Positions 9,069 through 19,055 are shown, counted from the first letter of the stretch. The stretch is DNA of 64,000 bases from Acidimicrobiales bacterium (GCA_035533595.1 DATLTN010000061.1:27116-91115), one strand, 5' to 3'. Made by a program: numbers and translations. The notes: a model not told the origin generated them from the letters alone.

Positions 9069-12031
9069 CAGCTCTGCACGCCGCTCACCAGCGCCCCGTC
9101 GGCACGCTCCTCGTGGAGGTGCACGGCGTGGTGCGGCTGGCGGAGGTGACGCGAGCGGGCCGCCTGGCGGCGCGCCCGGCGCCCCCGCAGGAGGGAGCGG
9201 GCGAGGAGCGCCCACCCCGCGAGCTCGAAGGCGACGAGGAGGCTTCGCCCGAGTGGCGGCAGCGCGTGGGCCGGAGCCGCGACCCGCCCCGCGCTCGGCC
9301 TCCAGGCGGTGTTGCGGAACACGGCCGCTCCCCCCTCGACCGGCAGCTCCTGCAGGTCGGTCTGGTCCGCGAGCGCGTCGAGGACGAGCTGGGGGGCGGG
9401 GGCGGCGACGACGGGGGTGCCCCCCGAGAGGAGGGGCGCGGGGGCCGAGGGGACGACGACGTAGCGCACCGCGTACGGCGCGAGCAGCGAGCCGAGGCGG
9501 ACCGTCGTCCCCGACTCGGCGGAGCCGACCGCCGCGGCCATCGCGCGCACCGTGCCCGGGTCCGGACTCGGGAAGAGGCTGGTGGCGGTCGGCAGTCCCC
9601 CCTCGGAGAGCGCGAGCGCGAGCCCCGGCCGCTGCTGCCAGGAGCCCCCCGGCAGCGAGACCGGGTCGCCGAGCCACAACAGCCGCGTCCCGGTCGCCTG
9701 GCGCGGCGGGGCGGCGGTCCAGGCGAGGACCGAGTCGTAGCCGGTCTCGGGGAGCGAGTAGCGGCCGGGCAGCGAGGCGCCGAGCACCGGCAGCAGGCCG
9801 GCGAGGAAGCAGAGCGTGAAGGCGGTCGCGGTGAGGTGGTGGCGGCCGAGGTGGACCGAGCGGACCTCCTCGAGGACGATCCCCGCGCCGAGGCCGACGA
9901 GCACCGCCACCGCGACCGCGAGCGGGGTGACGATGACGCGCACCGCGCCGCCGCCCGGCCCGAGCCAGCCGGCGGCGAGCGCCCAGGTGACGAGGGCGAA
10001 GGCGAGGAGCAGCGCCCACATGCGGATCGCGAGCGCGAGCCGCGCCCCGGTCCCCGAGACGAGCACGAAGAGCGCCGCGGCGAGGAAGGCCCAGCCGAGG
10101 GTCCCCTTGCCGACCGGCCCGAGGTAGAGGCGGAGGATCTGGCCGAGGACGGGCGCGTGGTCGGGGTCCGTCGCCGCGCCGGTGAGCACCGACCACGCCG
10201 TGTCGCGCTGCAGGAAGGTCGCCGACCACGGCAGGAGCAGCACGACCGCCCCGAGCGTGGAGGCGCCGGTGACGCCGAGCAGCCGGCGCGGGGCGCGGCG
10301 CCCGTCGGTGAACAGCGCCGCCCAGGCGACGACGAGGGCGACGAGCGGCGTCATCAGCAGCACCGTCGGCACGAAGGCGCCGACGAGGGCGAGGAGCACC
10401 GAGAAGCCGACGACCTCGCGCCGCAGCGCCTGGCCGTCGGCCGCCCCCGCGGCGGCGAAGGGCGGCTCGCCCGCGGCGCGCAGCACGCGCGCGACGAGGA
10501 AGGGCATCCCCGCGAAGCAGATGAGGCCGGGGAGGTCCCCGGCCGCGAGGTCGTTCCAGGCGAGAGGGAGGAAGAGGTAGCAGGCGGCCGCCGCGAGGCG
10601 CGCCGCGGGGGTGACGAAGGGGCGCGCCAGGCGCGCGATCCCGATCGGGCCGGCGACGAAGGTGACGATGAGGACGAGCTTCAGCAGCACCCCCATCGCC
10701 CCGAAGGTGACGAGGCCGGCGAGGCCGAGGAGGAGGAAGGCGGGCGAGGCGGGGCCGGGGCTCTGGCTCCCGGCGTCGTCGAAGCCGCCGAAGAAGTGGC
10801 CGAGGAGGGTCGCCGGCGAGGGCAGCGGCTGCAGGTTGCCGACCGCCGGCAGGTGGCCGACGAGCAGCGAGCGGGCGCCGAAGACGAAGATGCAGACGAG
10901 CGCGACGACGAGGCTCGAGAGCTCGCGGCGCTGCGGGGTGCGGCGGTGGCGGAGGTGGTCGACCCCCCGCTCGGCGCGCAGCCGAGAGTCGCGCGAGAGG
11001 CGCAGCGCGCGCGCCTCGACGTTGCGCGCCAGCGAGCGCCAGAGGCGGAAGGTGCGGTGGCTCATGAGCGAGCAGACCTCGCGGTCGGGCAGCCGCCGGA
11101 GCGCCGCGACCTCGAGGCGCGCCGCGGCGAGGCCGCGCTCGGAGGAGAGGTTCCAGCGCCACGCCCCCGAGACCTGGTGGACGCGGTCGCGCCGGCCGAT
11201 CACGAAGAAGTAGGCGATCTCGAGCGCCGAGAGCACGGCGAGCTGGGCGAGCACGACCGTGCGCCGCCAGCGGCCGTAGTTCTTCAGCACGGCGCGCAGC
11301 TCGTGGCGCCACTGCAGCGAGCGGGACTCGGGGAGGGGGCGGCGGCGCGCCGCGGTCGCCTCCAGGTGGCGGGCGACCGCCGTCGGGACGACGACGATGC
11401 GCGCCGAGGCGAGGCGCGCCCGCCAGCAGAGGTCGACGTCCTCGCCGAACATCGAGATCTGCGGGTCGAAGCCGCCGATCGCCGCGAAGAGGTCGGCGCG
11501 GATGAGGGTGCAGGCGCCGGGGACGGCGAAGACCTCGCTCACCTCGTCGTGCTGGGCCTGGTCGAACTCGTGGCGCTCCACCCGTCGCAGCGGTGCGGCG
11601 AAGCGGTCGACGCCGAGGCCGAGCTGCAGCAGGCGGTTGGGGGCGTTGTGGTCGACGAGCTTCGGGCCGGTGATGCCGGCGTTGGAGCGGAAGGACTCCT
11701 CGACGAGGCGGCGCACGACGTCGGCCTCGAGGACGACGTCGTCGTGGCAGAAGCAGTAGTAGGAGGCGCCCGAGACGAGGCCCGTGACGCTGTTCGCCGA
11801 GGGGCCGAAGCCGAGGTTGTCCTCCAGGCGGTGGAGGAAGAAGTCGGGCGCGACGGCGGCCACCCGCGGCGCGACCGGCCGCTCGCTCGCGGCGTCGACG
11901 ACGAGGACCGAGAGCTGGGGGTAGTCCTGGGCGGCGAGCGAGGAGAGGCACTCCTCGAGCCAGGGGCCGGGGTCCTGGCAGACGACGACCGCGACGACCG
12001 GAGGAACTAGCTCGTCCGGCACGGGGCGCAA
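9068..12031 (-). CDS. GT2 glycosyltransferase fused to a large polytopic membrane domain
   Basis: N-terminal ~300 aa have a GT-A fold (VAVVVCQD, CHDDVV, FGEDVDLCWR). About 650 aa with many hydrophobic helices follow. Start is TTG 12031 or GTG 12022. Confidence 0.85.
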   Translation of the reverse strand: MRPVPDELVPPVVAVVVCQDPGPWLEECLSSLAAQDYPQLSVLVVDAASERPVAPRVAAVAPDFFLHRLEDNLGFGPSANSVTGLVSGASYYCFCHDDVVLEADVVRRLVEESFRSNAGITGPKLVDHNAPNRLLQLGLGVDRFAAPLRRVERHEFDQAQHDEVSEVFAVPGACTLIRADLFAAIGGFDPQISMFGEDVDLCWRARLASARIVVVPTAVARHLEATAARRRPLPESRSLQWRHELRAVLKNYGRWRRTVVLAQLAVLSALEIAYFFVIGRRDRVHQVSGAWRWNLSSERGLAAARLEVAALRRLPDREVCSLMSHRTFRLWRSLARNVEARALRLSRDSRLRAERGVDHLRHRRTPQRRELSSLVVALVCIFVFGARSLLVGHLPAVGNLQPLPSPATLLGHFFGGFDDAGSQSPGPASPAFLLLGLAGLVTFGAMGVLLKLVLIVTFVAGPIGIARLARPFVTPAARLAAAACYLFLPLAWNDLAAGDLPGLICFAGMPFLVARVLRAAGEPPFAAAGAADGQALRREVVGFSVLLALVGAFVPTVLLMTPLVALVVAWAALFTDGRRAPRRLLGVTGASTLGAVVLLLPWSATFLQRDTAWSVLTGAATDPDHAPVLGQILRLYLGPVGKGTLGWAFLAAALFVLVSGTGARLALAIRMWALLLAFALVTWALAAGWLGPGGGAVRVIVTPLAVAVAVLVGLGAGIVLEEVRSVHLGRHHLTATAFTLCFLAGLLPVLGASLPGRYSLPETGYDSVLAWTAAPPRQATGTRLLWLGDPVSLPGGSWQQRPGLALALSEGGLPTATSLFPSPDPGTVRAMAAAVGSAESGTTVRLGSLLAPYAVRYVVVPSAPAPLLSGGTPVVAAPAPQLVLDALADQTDLQELPVEGGAAVFRNTAWRPSAGRVAAPAHALPPLGRSLLVAFELAGWALLARSLLRGRRARRQAARSRHLRQPHHAVHLHEERADGALVSGVQS

Positions 12032-12086
12032 ACTTACCGGTTGGGCGGAGCAGTGGGCGCGCCGCGGCGCGAGAGCGGCGTCGTCG

Positions 12087-12977
12087 TCAGCCCGCCTCTT
12101 GCTCCCGGTAGGCGGCGAGCACGTCGTCGAGGGTCCGCTCGAGGTCGATCTCGGGCCGCCAGCCGGTGAGCGCCTCGAGGCGCTTGCCGCTGCCGGACAG
12201 GAGGGGGATGTCGACGGGGCGGAAGAGCGCGGGGTCGACGACGGCGCGGATCTCCGCCGGCGAGCGCGCGATCAGCCCCTCGAGCAGCGAGGCGATCGTG
12301 CGCGGCCGCCCCGAGCAGACGTTGTAGACGCCCCCCGCCTCCCCCTCGGTGACGAGCAGGCGGTAGGCGCGCACGACGTCGCGCACGTCGGTGAAGTCGC
12401 GCGCCGCGCCGAGGTTGCCGACCCGCACCTCGCCCCCGCCGGCCCGCTCGGCCTCGACGACGCGGAGGGCGAGCGCGGAGACGACGAAGGCGTCGCTCTG
12501 GCCCGGGCCGACGTGGTTGAAGGGCCGGGCGCGCACCACCGGCAGGCCGCGGCCGAGGAAGGCCTGTAGCCCGAGGTACTCGGCGGAGACCTTGCTCGCC
12601 GCATAGGGGCTGATCGGCCGCAGCGGCGCTTCCTCGTCGAGCTCGCGCCCCTCCCCCGCGCCGTAGACCTCGGCCGAGGAGACGAGCAGGACGCGCGGCG
12701 AGCCGAGCGTGCGCGCTGCCTCCAGCAGCTCGAGGGTGCCGAGCACGTTCACCCGCATCGTCTCGGCGGGGTCCTCCCAGGAGCGCCCGACATGCGTCAG
12801 CGCCGCGAGGTGGTAGATCGCCTCCGGCGCCGCCGCCGCGAGCTGCTCGCGCAGCGCCTCGCGGTCGAGCAGGTCGTTGTGGCCGTCGAGCGCGCTCACC
12901 TCGTCGCCGCTCGCGGTGAGGTGCGCCGCGAGGTGGCCGCCGACGAAGCCGGAGGCGCCCGTGAGGAAGGCCCGCAC
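12087..12977 (-). CDS. NAD-dependent epimerase/dehydratase (extended SDR)
   Basis: TGASGFVGGHL Rossmann motif and YAASKVSAE (YxxxK). Confidence 0.85.
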   Translation of the reverse strand: MRAFLTGASGFVGGHLAAHLTASGDEVSALDGHNDLLDREALREQLAAAAPEAIYHLAALTHVGRSWEDPAETMRVNVLGTLELLEAARTLGSPRVLLVSSAEVYGAGEGRELDEEAPLRPISPYAASKVSAEYLGLQAFLGRGLPVVRARPFNHVGPGQSDAFVVSALALRVVEAERAGGGEVRVGNLGAARDFTDVRDVVRAYRLLVTEGEAGGVYNVCSGRPRTIASLLEGLIARSPAEIRAVVDPALFRPVDIPLLSGSGKRLEALTGWRPEIDLERTLDDVLAAYREQEAG

Positions 12978-13114
12978 CGCGGCCTAGGCCGTCCCGGCGC
13001 GCGCGGGCGCCGCCTCGTCCGACCGCCGCGCCAGCGCCACCCCGCCGAGCCTACTGGCGCCCACCGGCGCGCCCCCGGTGCGGTGCGGGATGGCAACCCC
13101 CTGCTGCGGGGCGC

Positions 13115-14227
13115 TCAAGCGAGCGCGTCGCGATAGCAGGCGACGTGGCCGGCCGCGCTCTGTTCCCAGGTGAACTCGGCGGCGCGGGCGATCCCCTCGG
13201 CGCGTCGCGCGCCGGGGGCGGCGAGCGCCGCCGAGAGCGCCTCGGCGAGGGCGCCGGGCGTCGCGTCGGCGCTCCACGCAGCCGTGCCGGCGAGCTCGGC
13301 CATCACGCTGTCGGCGCTCGTCACGAGGGGCGCCCCGCAGGCGAGCGCCTCGAGGGCGGGAAGGCCGAAGCCCTCCTCCTTGGAGGGGTAGGCGACGGCG
13401 GCGGCGTTGCGCAGCAGCGCCGGGGCGGCGGCGTCGCTCACGTAGCCGAGGCGGTGGATGCGCGCCCGGTGCCCGGAGCGGTCGATCGCCTCCTCGAGGG
13501 GGCGGTTCCCCCACCCCGCCCTGCCGGCGAGGACGAGGCGCAGCTCGCGGTCGTTCGCCGCGAGCCGGTCGAAGGCCTCGACGAGGGCGACGAGGTTCTT
13601 CCTCGGCTCGAGGGTGCCGAGGAAGAGCACGTAGCGCTCGCCCGGCGCGAGGGGCGCGAGCGCGGCGGCGTCGTGGCCCGGGGCGGGCTCTTCGGGGCGG
13701 AAGCGCTCGTGGTCGACCCCGTGCGGGACCACCACCACCGGGCAGGCGGGCGAGTAGCGGGCCCGCAGCCGCTGCGCGGTGTGCTCGCTCACACAGACGA
13801 GAAGGGCGGCGTGGCGCGCCGCGTGGCCGATCGCCCTGCGGAAGTAGCGGACCTTGCTCGCCTCGTGCCACTCGGGGTGCTCGACGAGGGTGAGGTCGTG
13901 GATCGTGACGACGACGGGGAGCTCGCCGCCGCGGGGCATCGTGTAGTGCGGCCCGTGCAGCAGCTCGGGAGCGTCCCTGCGGAGCGCCCGCCCGAGGGCG
14001 AGCTCGCCGAAGGCGAGGCGGGCCACCCGGTTCCCGGGGGCGACGGCGCGCACCGCGGCCGGCGCGAGCGCCTCCCAGCGCGCCGCGTCGCGGCGGCGCG
14101 TCACGAGCTCGAGCGCGACGTCGTCGCGCTGGACGAGCGCCCTCGCGAGCTCGCGCACGTAGACGCCGGCACCGGTCAGCTGCTCGGGGACGGCGGTGAC
14201 GTCGAGGGCGACGCGCAGCGCGCTCAC
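13115..14227 (-). CDS. glycosyltransferase family 4 (GT-B)
   Basis: EEGFGLPALEALACGAPLVTS motif. Start reset to GTG 14227, which forms a GTGA overlap with the upstream GT4 stop. The ORF track begins at 14251. Confidence 0.85.
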   Translation of the reverse strand: MSALRVALDVTAVPEQLTGAGVYVRELARALVQRDDVALELVTRRRDAARWEALAPAAVRAVAPGNRVARLAFGELALGRALRRDAPELLHGPHYTMPRGGELPVVVTIHDLTLVEHPEWHEASKVRYFRRAIGHAARHAALLVCVSEHTAQRLRARYSPACPVVVVPHGVDHERFRPEEPAPGHDAAALAPLAPGERYVLFLGTLEPRKNLVALVEAFDRLAANDRELRLVLAGRAGWGNRPLEEAIDRSGHRARIHRLGYVSDAAAPALLRNAAAVAYPSKEEGFGLPALEALACGAPLVTSADSVMAELAGTAAWSADATPGALAEALSAALAAPGARRAEGIARAAEFTWEQSAAGHVACYRDALA

Positions 14228-15348
14228 CGCGGGGGGGCGAGGGCGTCCCACAGCGCCACGTGCTCGGTCGCCGCCCGCCGCCAGGTGAGGCGCTCAGCGC
14301 GGCGACGGCCCGCCTCGACGAGGCGTCCCCGCAGGCCGGCGTCGCCGGCGAGCGCCACCAGGCCGTCGGCGATCGCCGCGACGTCGCGGGGGTCGACGGT
14401 GAGGGCGGCGTCGCCGGCGACGGGCGCCCTCCCCGCGAGCACCGGCAACCCCGCCGCCATCGCCTCCGCGACGGGGAGGCCGAAGCCCTCGCCGAGCGAG
14501 ACGTAGCAGAGGGCGAGCGCGCCGGCGTAGAGGCCGGAGAGGACCGCCTCGGGGACCCGCCCGGTGAAGAACACGCCGGGCGCCTCGCCCGCGACCGGGA
14601 GCGGCCCCCACCCCTCCGGGCCGCAGAGGACGAGCGACGGCCGCCCCGGCAGGCGCTCGCGCACGGACTGGTAGGCGGCGACGAGGCGCGGCAGGTTCTT
14701 GCGCGGCTCGAGCGTGCCGACCGCGAGCAGGTAGTCGCCGGAGACCCCGAGCGAGGAGACGAGGGCGGCGGCGGCGGCGTGGTCCGGGGCGGCGCGGTGG
14801 TCGGCGCCCATCTCGATGAGGGCGATCTCCCGACCCTCGCCGACGACCTCGGCGAGCGAGTCGCCGACCTCGGCGGAGGTGACCACGAAGGCGGCGGCGC
14901 GGCGCACGGCGCGGCGCAGCGCCCCCTCGTGCCAGGCCCTGCCGTGGCGGCCGTAGGCCTCGGGGAGCTCGCGCCAGAGCAGGTCGTGGACGGTGACGAC
15001 GAGCGGGCCGGCGACCGGCGGGATGTCGAAGCCGGTCGTGTGCACGAGGCGGTAGCCGCGCAGCGCCGCCGCGCCGAGCGCCCAGGCACGGGTGAGGAGC
15101 GGCTCGGGGAGGCCGAGGGCGGCGACGGGCTCGCCGAGGGCCTCGAGGGGGTCCGGGCGCCGCGGCGGGCGGCTGGCGACGAGCACGACGGGCGGCGCGG
15201 CCTGTTCGCCGAGCTCCGCGAGGCCCGCGAGGAGGCCGCGGATGTGCGTGCCGACCCCGCCCGGGACGGCGCGGCGGAGCTGTTCGACGACGATGCCGAT
15301 GCTCGTCGCGCGCAACGTGTCGGCGGGAGCGCCCGACAGCCGGATCAA
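14224..15348 (-). CDS. glycosyltransferase family 4 (GT-B)
   Basis: GEGFGLPVAEAMAAGLPVLA motif. The TTG start overlaps the cofE stop (TTGA). Confidence 0.85.
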   Translation of the reverse strand: MIRLSGAPADTLRATSIGIVVEQLRRAVPGGVGTHIRGLLAGLAELGEQAAPPVVLVASRPPRRPDPLEALGEPVAALGLPEPLLTRAWALGAAALRGYRLVHTTGFDIPPVAGPLVVTVHDLLWRELPEAYGRHGRAWHEGALRRAVRRAAAFVVTSAEVGDSLAEVVGEGREIALIEMGADHRAAPDHAAAAALVSSLGVSGDYLLAVGTLEPRKNLPRLVAAYQSVRERLPGRPSLVLCGPEGWGPLPVAGEAPGVFFTGRVPEAVLSGLYAGALALCYVSLGEGFGLPVAEAMAAGLPVLAGRAPVAGDAALTVDPRDVAAIADGLVALAGDAGLRGRLVEAGRRRAERLTWRRAATEHVALWDALAPPR

Positions 15349-16037
15349 CGGAAGAGGTCCTCGCCGGGCGGGCGCACGATCTCCCTGCGCACCGAGGACT
15401 CCCGAAAGGCGGCGGGGTCGATGCCGCGCACGACGCCGACGGGGTAGCCGGAGGACTTCCCCATCACGAGCTCGGCCGCTCCGGCGATCTCGTCCGCGAC
15501 GCAGACCTCGGTGGCCACGAGCTCGCGCCCGAGGGCGTCGCGCTCGCCGCGCAGGTCGACCACGGCGGCGATCCCCGCGCAGCCGATCGCGACGTCGGTG
15601 AGGCCGCGCCGCCAGACCCGGCCGAAGGTGTCGGAGATGATCACCCCGACCTCGACGCCGGCGAGCACCCGCAGCGCGTCGCGGATGCCGCGCGCCGAGC
15701 GGTCGGGGTCGACCGGGAGCAGCACGGCGAAGCCCTCCTCGACGTTGGAGAGGTCGACGCCGGAGTTCGCGCAGACAAAGCCGTGGCGGGTCTCGGTGAT
15801 CACGAGGTCGCCGCGACGGCGCAGCACCCGCACCGCCTCGGACTCGGCGAGGCGGCGCTTGGCGCTGGCGTCGGTCGGGTCGACGGCGACGATGCGCCCC
15901 TCGGCCTTGGAGACGATCTTCTGCGTCACGACGAGGACGTCGCGGTCCTCGAGGGAGGCCTGGGCGGCGATCAGCTCGCCGATCTTGTCGCCGGGGCGCA
16001 CCTCGGGGAGGCCCTCGACCGGGAAGACCTGCAGCAT
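15345..16037 (-). CDS. cofE: coenzyme F420-0:L-glutamate ligase, stand-alone CofE domain
   Basis: VVTQKIVSKAEGR, ETRHGFVCANSGVDLSN, IISDTFGRVWRRG, GKSSGYPVGVVRG. Only 230 aa, so it lacks the FbiB-type C-terminal domain. Confidence 0.88.
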   Translation of the reverse strand: MLQVFPVEGLPEVRPGDKIGELIAAQASLEDRDVLVVTQKIVSKAEGRIVAVDPTDASAKRRLAESEAVRVLRRRGDLVITETRHGFVCANSGVDLSNVEEGFAVLLPVDPDRSARGIRDALRVLAGVEVGVIISDTFGRVWRRGLTDVAIGCAGIAAVVDLRGERDALGRELVATEVCVADEIAGAAELVMGKSSGYPVGVVRGIDPAAFRESSVRREIVRPPGEDLFR

Positions 16038-16098
16038 CAGCGACCTCTGGAGCGGCGGTGGAGGCTCATCTCGGCCCCAGTCTTACCGGGCGCCACGA

Positions 16099-17028
16099 TC
16101 AGGGTCGGGCGGCGGCGATCGCCACCTCGGTGAGCGCCTCGGCGACGGCGGGATCGCGCATCACGGTGTCGGCGACGACCGCCCGCATCCCCTCGGCCTC
16201 CACCTCGCCGGCGAGCGCCGCGTCGGCGCGGTCGATCACGAGCGTGCCGGCGACCTCGGCGAGGCACTCGGCGACGCCGCCCACCGAGGAGCGGCCGCCG
16301 AGCTCGACGAGCAACCGGTCGGCGGGCCCCTTCAGCGCCACGCCGCCGACGATCGGCGAGACGGCGACGACCGAGGAGCGGCGGGCGAAGAGCGCGTCGG
16401 CCACCCCGGGCACCGAGAGGATCGGGCCGATGGAGACGATCGGGTTCGAGGGGGCGATCAGCACCACCTCGGCCGCGGCGAGGGCCTCGGCGACGCCGGG
16501 TGCGGGGGTGGCGAGCTCGGCGCCCTCGTAGTGCACCTCGTCGACGGCGACGCTGTGGCGCCGGTGCACGAAGTACTCCTGGAAGGCGACCTCCTCGCCG
16601 CCCTCTAAGCGCAGCCGGGTGCGCACGCGGTCGTCGGTCATCGGCAGCAGCCGCGTCGTCACGCCGAAGGCGGCGGCGATCTCGGCCGTGACCTCCGAGA
16701 GGCACGCCCCCTCGGCGAGGCGGCCGCTCCGGTAGAGGTGGGTCGCGAGGTCGAGGTCACCGAGGCCGAACCAGGTCGGCGCGCCGAAGCGCCCGAGCTC
16801 GCCGAGGGCCCGGAAGCTCTCCCCCCGCCGCCCCCAGCCGCTCTCGGGGTTCATCTCGCCGGCGAGGGTGTAGGTGATCGTGTCGAGGTCCGGGGAGACC
16901 GAGAGGCCGAAGAGCTCGAGGTCGTCGCCGGTGTTCACCACCGCGACGAGCTCGCCGCCGGCCACCACCCGGCGCGCCCCGGCGAGCAGGCGCGCCGCCC
17001 CGACGCCGCCACAGAGGACGGCGATCAC
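16099..17028 (-). CDS. cofD: 2-phospho-L-lactate (or EPPG) transferase
   Basis: [16 protein letters not shown]-terminus and [14 protein letters not shown]. Start reset to GTG 17028 (GTGA overlap with the upstream epimerase stop). Confidence 0.88.
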   Translation of the reverse strand: MIAVLCGGVGAARLLAGARRVVAGGELVAVVNTGDDLELFGLSVSPDLDTITYTLAGEMNPESGWGRRGESFRALGELGRFGAPTWFGLGDLDLATHLYRSGRLAEGACLSEVTAEIAAAFGVTTRLLPMTDDRVRTRLRLEGGEEVAFQEYFVHRRHSVAVDEVHYEGAELATPAPGVAEALAAAEVVLIAPSNPIVSIGPILSVPGVADALFARRSSVVAVSPIVGGVALKGPADRLLVELGGRSSVGGVAECLAEVAGTLVIDRADAALAGEVEAEGMRAVVADTVMRDPAVAEALTEVAIAAARP

Positions 17029-17975
17029 CGGGGCACGCCGCTGCGGCAGGCCTCGACGACGAGCGCGAGGCCCTCGTCGAGGGGGGTCCACGGCTTCCAG
17101 CCGAGGTGCAGCGCGGCGCGCCCGGCGTCGAGCACGCTGACGCGCGCGTCGCCGGGGCGCGCCGGGGCGCGCCTCGGCTTGGCCCTCGATCCGGTGAGCA
17201 CCCGCAGCCGCTCGTAGAGCTCGGCGATCGTCGTCCCGACACCGGTCCCGATGTTGAGCACCAGGCCCGAGCCTCGCCCGGCGGCGCGGGAGAAGGCGTC
17301 GACCACGTCGTCGACGAAGACGAAGTCGCGCACCTGGCTGCCGTCGCCGTGGATCTCGCAGGGCTCGCCGGCGAGCAGCCGCGTCGCGAAGATCGCCACC
17401 ACTCCCCCCTCGCCGCTCGCGTCCTGGCGGGGCCCGTAGACGTTGCCGAGCGCGAGGGCGCTGTACTCGAGGCCGTAGAGCTCGCGGTAGCAGGCGAGGT
17501 AGTCGAGCATCGCCCGCTTGGCGGCGCCGTAGGGCGAGCGGACGAGGCGCGGGGCGCGCTCGTCGACGGGGCGCGCGCCGGCGGCCGGCTCATCGTAGAG
17601 GGCGCCCCCCGAGGCGGCGAAGACCACCTTCTTCACCCCGCCGGCGCGCGCCGCGTCGAGGAGGCGCAGCCCGCCGAGGACGTTGACCTCCGCGTCGCGC
17701 AGCGGGTGCTCGGTCGAGACGAGGACGCTCGACTGCGCGGCGAGGTGGAAGACCACCTCGGGACGGTGGAGCGCGAGGTGCTCGGTGAGCGCCGGGTCGC
17801 GCACGTCGAGCTGGGTGAAGCTGAAGCCCCTGCCGCGGCGCCGTGCCTCGGCGAGGTTCGCCAGTGAGCCGCTCGAAAGGTCGTCGACGGCGTCGACGAC
17901 GTGGCCCTCGGCGAGAAGGCGGTCGACGAGCGCGGAGCCGATGAACCCCGCGCCCCCGGTGACGAGCGCGCGCAC
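17025..17975 (-). CDS. NAD-dependent sugar epimerase (GalE-like extended SDR)
   Basis: VTGGAGFIGSAL and YGAAKRA (YxxxK). Confidence 0.85.
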   Translation of the reverse strand: MRALVTGGAGFIGSALVDRLLAEGHVVDAVDDLSSGSLANLAEARRRGRGFSFTQLDVRDPALTEHLALHRPEVVFHLAAQSSVLVSTEHPLRDAEVNVLGGLRLLDAARAGGVKKVVFAASGGALYDEPAAGARPVDERAPRLVRSPYGAAKRAMLDYLACYRELYGLEYSALALGNVYGPRQDASGEGGVVAIFATRLLAGEPCEIHGDGSQVRDFVFVDDVVDAFSRAAGRGSGLVLNIGTGVGTTIAELYERLRVLTGSRAKPRRAPARPGDARVSVLDAGRAALHLGWKPWTPLDEGLALVVEACRSGVPR

Positions 17976-17981
17976 CCTGGC

Positions 17982-19055
17982 CTACGAGGGCGGGTCGCCG
18001 CGCAGCTCGGCGCCGGGCTCGACGGTCGCCCCGTGGCCGATGATCGCCCCCGAGACGAGGGCGCCGGCGCCGACGAGCGCGCCCGGGCCGATCACCGCGG
18101 CCTCGACCACGGCGCCCTTCGCGATCTCGGCGTCGGCGAGCACGACGGCGTCGCGCACGGTCGCGCCCGAGGCGACGACGACCCGTTCACCGATCGTCGA
18201 GTCGGTGACGCTGGCCCCCTTTTCGACGAGCGCCCCGGCGCCGAGGAGCACCTCGCCCGCGGCCTCGCCGAGGAGCTGCGCGCCCTCGCCGAGGAACAGG
18301 CCGGGGCGCAGCTCGGTGGCGTCGGGCACGACGACGTCGGGGCGCAGGCCGCGCAGCACGTCGAGCTGGGCCTGCCGGTAGCGCTCCGGGGTGCCGGTGT
18401 CGATCCAGTAGGCGTCGGACTCCATCGCGTAGAGACGGCCCGCGGCGACGAGCTGCGGGAAGGTCTCGCGCTCGATCGAGACCCGCCCCTCGGGGGCGAT
18501 CATCGCCAGCGCCTCGGGCTCAAGGACGTAGGTGCCGGCGTTGATGAGGTTGGTCGGCTCGGCGCCCGGGGCGGGCTTCTCGATGAAGGCCAGCACCTCG
18601 CCGTCGGCGGCCTTGTCGACCACGCCGTAGGCCGAGGGGTCCTCGACGGGGGTGAGCGCGATCGACGCGCAGGCGCCGCGGGCCTCGTGGAAGGCGATCA
18701 GCGCGCCGAGGTCGAGGTCGGTGAGGATGTCGCCGTTCACGACCACGATCCGCTCGTCGCTCATCGCCGACTGCGCCGCGGCGTAGCGGATCGCCCCCGC
18801 GGTGTCGAGCGGCTCGCTCTCCACCGCGTAGCGGAGGCGCACGCCGGCCACCTCGCCGCTCGGGAAGGTGTCGAGGAAGGGCTGGGGGAGGTAGCCGAGG
18901 GAGAGGGTCGCCTCGCAGACGCCGTGGCGGCCCAGCCACTCGAGGATGCGAGCGATGATCGGCCGGCCGGCGACGGGGAGCATCGGCTTCGGGATGTCGT
19001 AGGTGAGCGGCCGCAGCCGCGTGCCCTGGCCGCCGACGAGGACGAGTGCCCGCAT
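17982..19055 (-). CDS. manC: mannose-1-phosphate guanylyltransferase-type sugar nucleotidyltransferase
   Basis: Last 357 aa of ORF 17982..19907. LVGGQGTRLRPLT (GxGTRL) N-domain plus C-terminal hexapeptide-repeat (left-handed beta-helix) region. Confidence 0.85.
   Translation of the reverse strand: MRALVLVGGQGTRLRPLTYDIPKPMLPVAGRPIIARILEWLGRHGVCEATLSLGYLPQPFLDTFPSGEVAGVRLRYAVESEPLDTAGAIRYAAAQSAMSDERIVVVNGDILTDLDLGALIAFHEARGACASIALTPVEDPSAYGVVDKAADGEVLAFIEKPAPGAEPTNLINAGTYVLEPEALAMIAPEGRVSIERETFPQLVAAGRLYAMESDAYWIDTGTPERYRQAQLDVLRGLRPDVVVPDATELRPGLFLGEGAQLLGEAAGEVLLGAGALVEKGASVTDSTIGERVVVASGATVRDAVVLADAEIAKGAVVEAAVIGPGALVGAGALVSGAIIGHGATVEPGAELRGDPPS

Noticed and set aside
9069-11951. N-terminal extensions of real genes in the ORF track. 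Examples: 7524..11951, 857..2422, 17982..19907, 20735..21991, 21622..22785, 30899..32521, 48700..51000, 53569..55965, 56735..58672 and 61418..62512.
   Set aside because: The extensions are Arg/Pro-rich, overlap the upstream real gene in another frame and lack homology-like motifs. Internal GTG, ATG, TTG or CTG starts at stop-start overlaps coincide with the first conserved residues.
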